Of a DNA stretch of 52,844 nt, positions 36,643 to 50,000 are shown in pieces (position 1 is the first letter of the stretch; each line of letters begins with the position of its first letter). The notes below the pieces were generated by a model that worked only from the letters and a program-made list of their open reading frames with translations, was not told where the DNA came from and ran no database searches. A program made the translations under genes and the position numbers. Source of the stretch: Octopus bimaculoides (Eukaryota); assembly GCF_001194135.2 (NCBI RefSeq), contig NC_069000.1, forward strand, positions 27,177,056 through 27,229,899, written 5' to 3'.

Positions 36643-36958
36643 CATCTTCTTTCAATTCTGTTTCCATTTCTTGCCGAGTGTTTTCCTGACACCTAGGGCA
36701 GAGAAATGTACTGTATACTCTGGTAGGCCATTAAAATAAACACACCAGATTTACAAAATCATGTGATAGAGAAAAAGGGGAAGACAGTTAGAGAAAGGAA
36801 AAAAATTAAATAAGTAAACAAATAAAATAAAAGGGGAAAAAAAGAAAGAAAATTCAGTGACAAGGTTCTTAGTACATGTGATGTACCAGTTAAAACAATC
36901 TTTTGTACTTTCTACATGGATGTTAAGTCAGGGATCATTCTTAAATAATTTTCAGTTC
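36643..36958 (-). mobile_element. R4/Dong 3'-terminal fragment (Dong-C)
   Basis: VQKIVLTGTSHVLR then 3' UTR ending in (AAT)n. Confidence 0.6.
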
Positions 36959-38134
36959 TTTTATTATTATTTTTCTTTTCTTTTCTTTTTTTTATTATAT
37001 GAAAACTCACAGCTTATTTTCCTGGGTATGATGGAAAGTGTCAGCTGTCCACAGCCAGCAGACTAAGGTGAGACTTGTTTACTGGTCATGCTTCAAGAAC
37101 CCTGCAAAGAATTCTTGCAGTTCCAAGCAATGCTGATTTTTGTAGGTATTCTATCTTCACACTTGCACCAACCTTTTTCAGCCATGTTGGTAGTTGAGTG
37201 CGGATACTTCCAAGTGCACCAGTTACTATTGGTATCATATCTACTCTTTTCATTAACCACAACCTTCATATTCCCCATTTTAAATCATCATAATTGTTTA
37301 TTTTTTTCTTCTTCTTTCATATTGATCCTGTTGTCACAGGGGCATGCTATGTTGATAATCATACATGTTCTTTCTTTTTTATTCACCACAACATTGTCCA
37401 GTTTCTTATGTTTGGTCAGGTGATCACATTGGATCATTACATCCCACAGGATTTTGCAGTTCTCATTGTTGGTGACTCCTTCTGGAGTTTATTTATACCA
37501 TGTCTTTGCACTTTGTAGGCTGTAGATTTCCACAGAGCTCCCAATGGATCATGACATCATTGTCATGGCGTCATTTGTATTCGCATTGTGCCAATTTCAG
37601 GCATTCACTAATGATGTGCCATACTGTTTCACCCCTCTCACCACACATTCTGCGTTTGTTGTTATTGGTAGTGTTGGCAATTCTGCACTTCCTATAGTTG
37701 GTCCTTAAAGCTTGTTCTTGAGCTGCACATGTGAGTGCTTCTGTCTCTATCTTCAGGTCACTTTTCTTCATCCATAGCAACTGGCCCTCTGTATCTGTCT
37801 TGGCGTTCAGATCTATTGCAAACTGACTGTACATTTTTTCCCTTCCATGCTTTTTCTTTATTTTTGTTCATTTCTTGTTTAAATTTTTCTTTAGTTACAC
37901 AATTTTCAGTTTTTATGACAATGGCCTTCTTCGTGTGTTTCAACAGTGGCTCCACAATATTTTTTATACACCACCCTAAGCTGTTTTCCTCTGCTTTGAT
38001 ACAGTCCTGGCAATTGATTGAACCTCTCCCACCCTTTTCTCTGGACAAGTACAGCCTATCAGTGTCACTCTTAGGGTGAAAGGCTCCATGTACTGTCAAC
38101 ATTTTTCTGGTCTTGGTATCCATTTTCTTCATTT

Positions 38135-38750
38135 TGTAGTGGGCGTTTGGTGAAGGCTGTAATTATTTTCACAAGGTTGTGTGATGCAGCGAAATAATGT
38201 GCAATGTAATGGATATAGAACATGTAGAATCATGTCAGGGTCACTAATTGTAGCGGACTGAATATGACATACCATATCATGTCGATATGATGTAGCCCAC
38301 TACTGAGTGTAGCATGTAGATGTAATGCTTGAAGGTTCTCGCGTCGGAGAAACCAGTTTATTCATTTGCCTGACAGGTAGTTAAAAAAACAGTAGTAACT
38401 GTATTGATAGCGTAGAAAAAGGTTGGCTTGCTGGTTAGTAGTTGGTAGTGTGTAGAAGTTGCTGTCTGCCAGTTGGGAGTGAAAAAGAGTAAAAAATGCA
38501 CAGTGCTGACTAGAAAGGAAGAAAGGATAAAGGCAACATCATCTTTCTTGCAGTTGAAAGCTTTCTTCATACATCAAGCTAAGGGCAAAGGGAAGTGTTG
38601 CTCTTGGTCAAGGCTGATGCAAAAGTGGGTGCTACTCCTTGGTCTGGCTTACACAAAAGAGGAAGAGATAGGAACTGTTATACAGACTATGGTCAGTAAT
38701 GTAGCTCAAACCCTAAACAAAGGACTGAGCTTTCTTTGACCAGCACAGGT
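38135..38750. mobile_element. Unclassified LTR-like insertion in Dong-B
   Basis: Begins TGTAGTGGGCG like other LTR ends here; non-coding; no second end or TSD found. Confidence 0.4.
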
Positions 38751-39062
38751 CCAATCAATTTTGAGCACAGCACCAACCTGTCTTCAGAAATACTCCAACC
38801 TCAGTTGCTCTTTCATTTCCTTTTCCATTATCTCGTTGCACTTTAGTACACCAAGGTATTTGTATCCTTCCATTCCAGTTTGTTTAACCAAGTCTCTATT
38901 TTGGGTAATTCTATCCCTGCTAGGGACTATACCAGTTATTATAGGTGTGAGGATCTTGTAGGTAGTGTTGAGACATGTTATTGGTTGATAATTCTTTGGG
39001 TCTTTTGTGTCTTCAAGTTTTGGTAGTAGGTACATAGTTCTCTCAGTCCTGGGGTTTTCCAC

Positions 39063-42000
39063 TGTGGTGTATGCGAGTGATTAGTAGTAAACTGCTTATC
39101 TCATCTTTCTTCCACCGTGCCTGCCTGTTCTATGGTATCCTGTCCTTGCGCCTGGCCCGACCCGAAAAAAACCAGAAATAGCAGCTGACTCTCCCTCACC
39201 TGGATGATAACCTCGCACGTCTTTGCGTCGCAATGACCCCGCTCGAAAAGGGAATGAAATCCCAATTGTGACTCCCTCTGCCACTCTTCCTCTTCCAGTC
39301 AGCTCCCAGTTCCGGTCAGTTCACGGTTCCAGTCAGCAGTCAGCTCCCCAGTCGCTGACGTCATACCACACGCCACCCTGATCTTAAAGATCACGTCTAC
39401 CCCTACTCCACTTCGAAGTCCGCCATCTAACTGGGCGGGCGCCTTACACGTAGAGATCTTCTCAAGCCAGGTGCCTTGTTTCCCTCTCCGCACTCTTCAT
39501 CCGACGAAGTGGCTATCCTGCGCAGGTCCAGTACGTGATGCGGCATTCCATCCACGGATACATTGTTTCTGGAATTGACCGCCGTCACTGTTCTCCTACC
39601 CCATTGCGTGTGTGCAGCGCGCCTTCGGCGGCTTAACCCAAACTTCCTCCCCTACTTTCACGCCGGCGGGTTCCTTCTCTTCCTCACAGTACTCTGGCAT
39701 CTTACTGGGATGTCTCCATTTTTATTTAAACACTGCTCTGTATAGCACAGATTCTTCTGCTTGTCCTGATCGGGGAGACAAGTTGTACCAGAAAACTGCT
39801 TTCAGGGGCAAAATGTGTCCCCTTTCAGCCATGGCCTTGATTGTCTGATGGTGCCTCTCTACGATTCCATTGCCGTTCAGCCTATATGCCGCTCTGAACA
39901 ATCGTCGTACCTTCCACCAGTCGAGCATCTCTCCCAACACTTCTGAACGAAATGCTGCCCTGTTGTCCATCAGTAGTTCTTCCACAGGACCCCTCTCCAA
40001 GAATATCCCGTTCAAAATCTGTTCAATCTCGTTAGCAATGCCTGTCCTCAACTCCCTCCAAATGGCCAGCCGGTCCATCCTGCAGTTGACCATGGTGAGA
40101 TACATTCCCTGACAGTAGTGCGTCACATCCACAGCTAGTCTCCTCCAGTTGTGCCCTACCGAAAGGTTCCCTTGCTCATGCCCACCCGGGGCGGGGTCAA
40201 TGGACTGGCACCTGTCACAGTTCCTGACCACTTTCTTGGTGCTTCTCCTAGTGACATCAGCATCGATCATCTTTGCGAGATACAGGGTCCTATCCACTCC
40301 CAAGTAGTGCATAGCATGTAGCTTCTTCAGTTGGGAGTCATCCGGCCAACACGCTGCAGCTATACCTTTCCTTGCTTCCTCCGGCTCCTCCAGCCACACC
40401 CTTTTCACCCTGGTCAGTGTGTCCGCCCTGTTTCTCTCCGAAGGCACGAAAACCACATTCAGCTTCAGTTCGAAGTCAGTGACTAGCTTTCCTGGAACTC
40501 TTAGACGGTGTTTCACCAACATCTCTGCAGCACCTTTCGTCCGGACTCTCTTCTCACTGGTAATCACCGATCCTACCCAGCCGACCACGGTGGCTGAATC
40601 CGTCTGGATCTCGATCGAGCGCAGCCTCCATCTCAGGGCCAAGTTCACCCCTTTCAGCAACATTGATGTAGTTGAAGTTGTCTGCTTTCCGTAGCCAGGC
40701 TGCATCCTCCACCTCAGCACCTTCGATCTCCAACACAACCCCTATCACTATACTGCTAGCATCACACCAAACTGTCCCGCATTCAGTCTTGGGCACATAC
40801 CAGTTTCCCCTGACTGGGTCTTCTGCTCTCGTCCTCTCTAGGATTTCCTGCATCATTGCCACCGTCACCTCTCCCACCTTGTCACCCTAACTCTCCCCCT
40901 CTACTCGTCTCTTGGTGTAACTGCACGCTGTGCGCAGCCATCCAGCGATCGGGTAGTGTCCAACCAACTTCCCACAGACCGAGAACAACTCTCCCCTGCC
41001 GACACTGGAACTCAGCTCTGGGATCTCGTTTCCTCTCCGGAACACTAGCTCACGCGATCTGTCTCTTCATAGTTTCAGTCCCAGCGCAGCTCCCCTCACT
41101 ATCGACTCTGGTGGCTTTGCAATCAGCCCGAACCTCTCCAGGTGTTTCACTACCTTGGTGGCTGGCACTACAACCAAAATGTCGTCTAACAAGGAACTGG
41201 TGACCTTCCTTATCTTCTCCTCTTTCCCTAGGATGAACTTGAGCACCATTGCCATGATTTTTGGCTCACAATTCAGCCCGAAACCCAGCCTGGTTAAACA
41301 GTACGTCTGGCCCTTGTACCGCACCAGCTGATATTGCCATAGCTTGTTACTCTCATGGAGCTGCAAATATACTGATTTCAAGTCAACAATCGTTGCTGCC
41401 TTGGTGGACTGTCTCCACACACGTAACGTCTCGCTGCAAACGTCCATTGCCTCACGTCCCGTGTGGCACGATATATGATCATTCAGTTCCCTAAAATCCA
41501 GCACAGGTCTACTTTTCCCTTCGTCAGCTGCACCACCGCCATCAGAGATAGCACTCCGCTCAACACTTCCTCTTTCCACGTGACAAGGACTCCTTCCTTG
41601 ATCCATCTCTCTACCTCCTCGTCGAACTCAACCCCGGCATGACCTTTCAGGGTATGCTGGTAGCAGCTCACCTGGTTCTTTAGTATTGGGGACTCGTCTT
41701 TCCATCGGCACTCTATTGTCCACCTCTGACCATCGAACGCTACCTGAAAATCTTTGTCCTCGATGGTGTAAGCGGCGCAGTCCTTCATGAGGCTCTGCTC
41801 TCCCCAGTGGTCCTGACTCATGGCGCACGATGCCCCCATGCTTCCAAACGTGACCTCATCTCCTACAATCCTGACACCACCAAGGCGGTTGATGGTGTCC
41901 ATCCCCATCACGACATCAACCCTGTCTATTACATGTTCAATTATGATCACCCATAGCCTTAGCACCATGCCTAGCAATGCTATCTCCACACTGCAACTGC

Positions 42001-43168
42001 CCTGGTAACGGATTTCTCTGCCATCGACTGCCCGGATGCTACTTGCCCCATCCCATTTCTTTGCTACCCTTGGTGTCATGAGGGTAGTCGTGCAACCCAT
42101 GTCCACGAGGGCCTTGAACTTCTTCCACTGGGCCTCGATGGGCCACAACCTCGACTACAAACATCTCTACTCGGTCGCGGGGAAAGTTTGAGAGGCAGCA
42201 ACTTCCCCATGGTTGTTTCTCTGGCGATGTGCCCCATCTTCCTGCATTGATAGCAGATGGGCCCCGATTCGGTACATTCCCTCGCCATGTGCGACCCCTG
42301 ACATTTAAAACACCGGCCCGAGAACGGCTGCTGTTGTTGCTCGGTAGGCTTCCTCACGCCTTTCTCCAGCTGTCAGTATGCGCCTCTGTCACCGCCATCG
42401 CTATCATCTTCCATCCGATGCGTTGCGCAAATATGCAAGCTTGTGCTACAAGCTCACTGAGTGCCATCTTTCTCCCACTAGGCAATTGCTGTAACCGAAT
42501 CCCTATGTCGTCAGGGAACCCACTCACAAATGCCAGCTGTGCCGCTCTGTCCAGGCCTTCTCCCGTAAACCCAGCCAGCATGGCCAGCCTACGCACCTCC
42601 GCCGCGTATTCGTCCACCTGTTCACTCCCCCACCCCATCTAGCAGTCCCTAGCTTAACAAAGGCGGTATACTCGCACTCTGTATACTCCTCTCTCAATCT
42701 CTGCTCAATCTTCTCCGCACTCAACCTCTCTTCCTCGTCCATCTCTAAATACAGGGTCAGAGCGCTTCCTTCCAAGTATAGCGCCATAAGACTCGCCACA
42801 TCGCTTATCCCTTGCAGTCTTGCTACAAGCCTGATCTTTCACATCCAGGCCACTACATCGCCCTCGCCATTAAAAGGCCTGATCACGTCGCTGGCGATTC
42901 TGATCTTAGCTGCCATCGCGGTGCCAAAATAGCTTGGAGTGTATGCGAGTGATTAGTAGTAAACGGCTTACCTTGTCTTCCTTCTATCGTGCCTGCTTGT
43001 CCTGTGGTATCCTGTCCTCGCACCTGGCCTGACCCGAAGAATGCTAGAAATAGCAGCTGCCTCTCCCTCGCAACGACCCAGCTCGAAAAGGACAAGAAAT
43101 CCCAATCATGGTTCCCTCTGCCCCTCTTCCACTTCCCGTCAGCTCTTCAGTTGCTGATGTCATACCTA
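39063..43168 (-). mobile_element. Compact Ty3/Gypsy-type LTR retrotransposon, copy 2 (gap-free, ~4.1 kb)
   Basis: 5' LTR 42935-43168, 3' LTR 39063-39370; gag from ~42916 with two knuckles; ALVDMG(T)CTT, LDFRELN, LGFGLNCEPKIM, LLDDILV, WCDASS, TDSAT, IN ORF 39722-40738; same family as 12310-16481; TSD not recognisable. Confidence 0.93.
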
Positions 43169-43551
43169 GTGAGATTTTATGAGAACACACCTTGGCTCCT
43201 TAATTCCTATTACTTCTCACTTCTATCCCTCAAGTTCATCCAGTCTCTCTTTTTCACATTCTATCCAGTCAGCTTCAGCATTAAATTCTTTTTCCGTTGC
43301 TCCATAACTTCCAGAACTCTTTCATTTCATCAATCGTGAATGGTGCCTTTATCTTTATTTTGCTTCTGCCAATTTCCCTATAAAATTTCTCTTGAATATT
43401 TTGTTTTGTTGATAAAATTTTATTCTTTTATTATTATTATTTTGGTTTGGATCAAGTTCGTTCTTATTCCTGGTAGGAATTATGTGGATAGCGGGTTACT
43501 ACTGTAACCTTAGGTATCCACAAGTTTTCAGCAGTCTTTCAAGTGCTTAGA

Positions 43552-43816
43552 TAAAAAAAATAAATAAATGCGCCCTTTTAAAGCCTAGCCAGGCTCTTGG
43601 GCCCGGTTTCCCGGTTTCTATGGCGTATGTGTTCCCCATCTGGATGGGATGCCAGTCTATCACAGCGTTACTCATTTTTGCCAGCTGAGTGGACTGGAGC
43701 AATGTGAAATGAAGTGTTTTGCTCAAGAACACAACACATTGCTTGGTCCAGGAATTGAAACCACAATCTTACGATCATGATGCAGACACCCTAACCACGA
43801 AGCCACGCGCCTCCAC
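43552..43816 (-). mobile_element. tRNA-derived SINE at the Dong-A stop codon
   Basis: A box TGGCTTCGTGG, B box GGTTTCAATTCC; perfect 13-bp TSD TCAAGTGCTTAGA (43539-43551 / 43817-43829). Confidence 0.92.
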
Positions 43817-45111
43817 TCAAGTGCTTAGAACCCTCTTAATAATCCTTACTGTCCCTAAAAGACAAACTTACTGTAGGAGCTCTACCAGGCATTCTATTTC
43901 AATCTCCTTCAGCCATTTGTCTATATTTTTGCACCAATTATTATAGGCATGACCTTTACTGTTCACATTCTCTAAATTCTTCCTATTTCAAGCTTTAAGG
44001 GATTACATTTTTTCTTCCTCTTTCTTTATGATCCTGGAATCAAACAGGCATGATGGGTCGATAAGTAAGCAACTTCGCTTTTCCTTATCTACAATTGTTG
44101 TCTGGTCTATTATTTTCTAATTTTTTGTCCGTTTGAATAGGAGTCCCACAAAATCTTACATTTCTACAACTCCAGTACTCTTTCGACTCGATGATTGTAT
44201 CACGTGTTTCCAGTTTCAAATCCCCATTTCTGGCACAATTTCCAGTGTATAACTTTTACAACCTGGTCGTGCCTCCATTTCTTATATTCTTTGTGTGCCA
44301 ACTTGGGGCATTCTGCCACAATGTGTGTCACTTCTCATTCCAAGTTCCACAGGCTCTATATTTTTCTGACACATTCTCTCCATTTATATTTTTTCTCAAG
44401 TTGTTTGTTTTTATCATTTGATCTTGGGCTGCTACAATTAGGCTCTCTGTTTCTTTTTTTAATTGCCCCATTTTTTAACTAAGCCTGAGATTTTGTTTCA
44501 CTTACATCTTCAGTGGCTCTTTAAAATTGGCCTTGCATAAGTTTCTCTTCAATCTGTCTGATGTGCTCTCTTTGTATTTCATTCTTGTCTTTTTCTCCTA
44601 TTACACGTTTCATCACCTGTTCTTTATTAACTGTCTTTAGTAGTTTTTCTATGCTGCTCTGTAAGTACTTTACTAGACTTTTTCTTTCCATCTGTACAGA
44701 TTCTTCTACTGCTATTAAACTTCTTCCACCCTGGTCTCTCCTCAAGTACAGCCAGTTGATATCAGCTTTGGATGGTGGGCCCCATACATCATCAACAACT
44801 TCCTAGTTTTTCTGTCAAGTTTCTTTATGTTGTTTCTCATCTAGTCTATAATTCCAACTCCATATTTGATTAAGGGTACTGCTCTTGAATTTATTTCTTC
44901 AATAGGATTTTTGGAATTCAGCTTTGGCTATTATAATTTTCTGACTCTCCTTGTACACTCCCTACTGGTAATTTGTTTCATTTCTTCATTTTTATCTCGT
45001 TTGCTTCCAGTATTCCCAAGTACTTATACCACTGTCCTTTCTCAACCACTCTAATTGTTTGCCCATTTGGGATTTCAATTCTCTGGTTTCTTTCCAATCT
45101 TCCTTGTTTCA

Positions 45112-46214
45112 TCTAGTATATATAAATCACAGTATGTGTGTGTATAATGACTAATGCATATATTTCCACAATTCTCAACTGATTTTCACCAAACTATACA
45201 CACACATTACTTATGCCCCAAGGAGTGTCATGCACTATAACATTTTGCCCAGAGTTGCTGCATAAATGGACATAGTTTTTTGTATGTAGGGTCTTCCATA
45301 CTTTTTTAATCTTTTTATAAAAGTGAAAGTATTTTGTCTATTTATTTATTTCGACTGTTCACCTACGACAGTTATTAAATTGACTAGGACTACTGTATGC
45401 GATGAATATCCAATACCAAACAATCTTAATCGCCATATTTAAACAGCATTAAACTTTGGCAAGCTTATACCTATTCTGAGTTACTTGAAAGGTGATGTTC
45501 CCTTCCATCTCTTCTATTTGTTGATATCTTTGTTTACCTACCAATGTGTTGTTTCACTTTAAGGATGCTTATTTACCCATCCATTATGATATTTTGACTG
45601 TTGTCCATTGTTTCAAATACATTTTAGCATTGTTATTCTCGCCTTTTTTAAACAATTACATATCATTCGTCCCAAAGAATCAGCCTTTAAATAAGAGTTT
45701 TACTTCCATTAGCGAAAACTATACGTATCTTTCAGAAAGCTCCATACAAATTTAACTTTATGTGGCATTTGCTGTTAGTTTATGCACAGACTATGTGGGA
45801 AGACAGAATAAAGGGGCTTTTGTTGGCTTATCTCTTCGAAAAAATAGCCCCTTTTGCTGTTGAATGAAATAGACTTACAACATTTATGTGGCTGTTTCTG
45901 ACAAGAAATTTTGCATTCGTGTAAAACAACTATATTTTTGTAGTCATTATCCATAATCTACTTCCAAAACACTTCAGTAGCTCTACTTTGCATCGCTTGC
46001 AAACTTATATGTTCTACGACCATTAAAGTGCAATGACCTCCACAAGATTGTGGAGGTCATTGATTTGATTTTCAATTTGATTTTCTGTTCCTAGGTTAAT
46101 CGAAAACATAGATTACCATGCTACTCATAAACTTTCTCGGCAGTTCAATTATTTCGTGAAAAAAATACCACCAAAGCAACTTAAACCATCCAAAGGACAG
46201 GTGTGTTTGCTAGT
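45112..46214 (+). mobile_element. Helitron/Helentron-like non-autonomous insertion in the Dong-A RT
   Basis: A|TCTAGTATATATAAATCACAGTATGTGTG start, gattttcaccaaact core, GCTAG|T end, and a 14-bp perfect hairpin at 46031-46062. Confidence 0.6.
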
Positions 46215-47089
46215 TTTCATTATAGTATACTTATTTTTATCTCAAATTCCATATCTACATCATTTGAGAAAATGCAGATAGTATGTACAAGACTTTCAAG
46301 CTATTTCTCATTTTTCACATAAACCTTTATATCACCCATGAAAAGGAGATGATTTATCTGACCATTTCCTTTTCCCAAATTGTAAGCAATTTTAACTTTG
46401 CATAGTATCATAATGAGTGGTGTCATAGCCAATATGAATAGTAATGGAAATAAGTTATCACCTTGGAATATTCCATGTCTGATGTTTACTTTTCTGAGTT
46501 TTTGTTTTCCTCTGATCAATTCAGTATTCCAATGTTCCATACTTTCATTAAGCATTTTGTCCATGAATGTTGCTATTCCAAATATGCTCATTGTTTTAAT
46601 TATCCAACTGTGTGGTACCATGTCATATGCTTTTTTGTAATCTAGCTATGCTACATTCAGTCCTGTCAGTCTGTGTCTATGATTTCTAATAAATCATTTT
46701 ATCAAGTAATAAGTGATCTTTTGTTGCCCTACTTTGTTATAGGTCAAAAAGATGATGCCAAGTTCCCATTCAGGGGATCTTTAAGGCATAGTAGTGTTCA
46801 TTCACTTGTCATCCAGGCAGGAACATAACCTTGCTGCAGGCAGTCATCCAGTTGTGCAGCAATCCTTTCATGCAACTGTGTAAAGTTCTTCAGCCTATAG
46901 CCTTGTACTCCATCTGGGCTTGGTCCTTTCCAGTTTGCTATTTTTTAAAAACTTCTGTCTCACTGTATGTAAATTAATTCTGACATCTTTTTGTCTTGGT
47001 ACAGTTGCAAGTTGTCTTTCCACCTTTGTTAGCCACTCTACACTTTCTTTATGCCTCATCAGTCTGTTCCACAGCCTTCCTTAAAATTC

Positions 47090-50000
47090 TGTAAAAGGTA
47101 GATAGATGCAATAGAGACATTAGTCTCTCTCTATCACCTTTCAACATAATTATATATGAAGGAACAGTAGAACAATTAACAACATAATAAAAATAAGTTT
47201 TATTTTGATGATGCTTGGTTTTATAAATCCTGTGTCACTCAGCTTAGCAGCCGCTGATTGAGTTCTAATTGGTATTGGAAGATTAAGACCTTCCTTGATG
47301 CATGCCAGAGGAGCAAATAGCTATCATATCGATAGCATCGTGGTGAAGAGTGCTTCGTTGAGGAGCGAGGTGTTGTCACATCGAAGGTCTCTCGCTCAAC
47401 TGGCTTACAAAGTGAAACAAACTCTTTAAGTACTAGTTTTACTACGCATGTGCACTCAAGGGGCTTCCGGAAAGGCAAGTCCCTTGCGCATGTGCAGATA
47501 GTACTTCCTCAATGGCGGCTATAATTTTGCGCCACTACAATGGCTTCCCCCGCTGAGTGCATAGCACAAACAAGGAAAGGATTGTAGTGGGCACCTGAAA
47601 CAAGATGCGGCTGTAGATATATAATGAAAATGAAANNNNNNNNNNNNNNNNNNNNNNNNNNNNNNNNNNNNNNNNNNNNNNNNNNNNNNNNNNNNNNNNN
47701 NNNNNNNNNNTTTTGCTTACGTCACTGCAGTTCCTTTATTACTTGTGATTGATGCAGTGGCGCAAGAAATGTTTGAGTGTTCAGCACTAATAGCGAAAAC
47801 ACAGTTTGAGCCTTTTTTTTTTTTTTACAAAAGGAATGCTGAAAAATGCAATAATATACAATGCAGTCAAATATGAATTGTCTTGGAGAGTTTCTTTAGC
47901 CAGTGCACTGTACGGCCAGATCTAGTGACATAGGGTTCACTTGTGGTAGTTCTCAACGATGAAGGTGGAGTTTTCACAGGTGTATGTGTTGGTGATGGTG
48001 ATGATAAAGGAGTATGCGTTGGTGATGGTGTTGACAAAGGTGTATGTAAAGGTTGAAAATGGGGCATGTCAGTATTGTCAACGGAAGATGTAGTTTTGTC
48101 AAAATATGCTTTCTTCAGACGGTCGACAGACACGGTCTCCGTACGACTATTAGCGTCTATTTTAAAAAATTTGTGTGTGCGAGAGAGCACATGAAAGGGT
48201 CCTTTATAAGGAGAAACAAGGGGTCCTCTGACAGAATCATCCCTAACAAACACGTGTCCAAGAATCAATGTCTGATGGCACTTTAGAAGGTGGAGATTGT
48301 TGCCGGGGACTCATAGTAGGAAGGTTAGAAAAATAATCTCGTAATCGAGTGACATAGGACGATGGATTTGGAGGCTGTAATTTGTCTGGTACCAATATCG
48401 TACCAGGCAATGCCAGTGTGGTACCATACAATAATTCTGCTGCAAAAAAACCAAGGTCTGCTTTAACTGCAGTCCGGCATCCAAGTAGGACAACAGGAAG
48501 AAATTCAGTCCATGACTGCGGATTGGGCAAGGCGTGCAGTGTGGCCTTTAGTTGCCTATGAAAACGCTCCATCATCCCATTAGAAGTGGGATGGTAGCTG
48601 GTGGTGCATATATGATGCACTCCTAGGATTCGTGATAACTCACAAAATAATGCTGCTTCAAATTGTCGACCACGATCCATAGTCAAGCTGGACAGTATGC
48701 CGACCCTAGAAACCCAACCAGAAACGAAAGCTCGTGCAACAGTCTCAGAAGTAATATCTGCTATAGGAATGGCTTCTGGCCAGCAGGAGAAATGATCAAC
48801 ACAGGTTAAGAGATATGAGAACCCGCAACTCACAGGCCATGGTCCAACCAAATCAAGGTGAACATGGCGAAAACGGGCCTCTAGAGAAGGAAATTATCCG
48901 AGTGGGGCACAAACGTGCCTATGGACTTTCGCACTCTGGCACTTCATGCAAGAGTGTGCCCAAGTGGTAATTGATCGCCACATGTTGGGCCAGAAAAACT
49001 GAGCAGTGACAAGTTTTACTGTTGCAGAGATGCCCGGATGTGACAAGCAATGAAGGGCATCAAAAACAGAACATTGATGGTTCTCAGGTACTAAAAGCCT
49101 AGGAGAACCGGTGGATGTGTCACACAATATAGAGCCTTCTGATGAAGGGAGTGGAAAATAGGCAAATTTACAGTTGTTGAATTTTGGCGAAGTTAAATCT
49201 AACGTCGACAAAAGAGGTGGGTCTTGCGAAATAGCAAATAAATCAATTGTTGCAGGAGAGGAAATAGAACTGACAGGGAGTCTCGAGAGAGCATCAGCAG
49301 GGATGTTCTCCTTCCCTGGCACATGACGAATGTCACCTGTAAACTGTGAAATATAGTCTAGGTGACGGAAAGCACGGGGAGAGAGTTTGTCTGTTTTAGA
49401 AGACAGTGCGCACATTATATGTGTGGAGTTGCTGAAAAAGTTGCGACAAATGGTGGAGATGATTCCCTTTTGTATCACTATGTCATCGACATAGGCGAAT
49501 ACAATATCAAGTCCACGAAAAACTTCATCTATAAATCTTTGGAAAGTGCTTGTCGCATTCCGCAGACCAAAGCTCATAAAAAGAAATTCAAAACAGCCAA
49601 AAGGAGTAGTGATGGCAGTTTTGAGAATGTCCTCTGGAATTAACTGGAATCTGGTGATAAGCGCGAACCAGATCAATCTTGGAAAAGATAGTGGAACCGT
49701 GTGTGCATAGGAGAGAGAGAGAAAAAAATTTCGTAAAACAAAAAAACAATGGTGTTTGCTTTTGGTTTTTTTTTTCTGTTTGTGTGTGTTGCTTGGGTGC
49801 GTGCAGGAAAAAAATTTTACCAACCTTCTCGTATTTTTTTTTTTTCAAGCGAGATTTAAGCAGGACAGGACAAAGAAATTAAATGTGCGTNNNNNNNNNN
49901 NNNNNNNNNNNNNNNNNNNNNNNNNNNNNNNNNNNNNNNNNNNNNNNNNNNNNNNNNNNNNNNNNNNNNNNNNNNNNNNNNNNNNNNNNNNNNNNNNNNN

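Larger units (their letters stand above)
36960..43425 (-). mobile_element. R4/Dong element, 5'-truncated and internally deleted (Dong-B), interrupted at 38135-38750 and 39063-43168
   Basis: KFYREIG..EFWK, WKTPG, KNYQPITCLNTTYKILT joined to YKYLG, HPKSDTDRLYLSREKGGRG, AAQEQALRTNY, CCHC knuckle, QKSALLGTARILCRVLEA; (TAA)n tail at 36961-36970. Confidence 0.85.

Noticed and set aside
45480-45760. Transposase fragment inside the 45.1 kb insert
   Set aside because: Minus-strand translations are stop-ridden with no convincing HTH or DDE motif.
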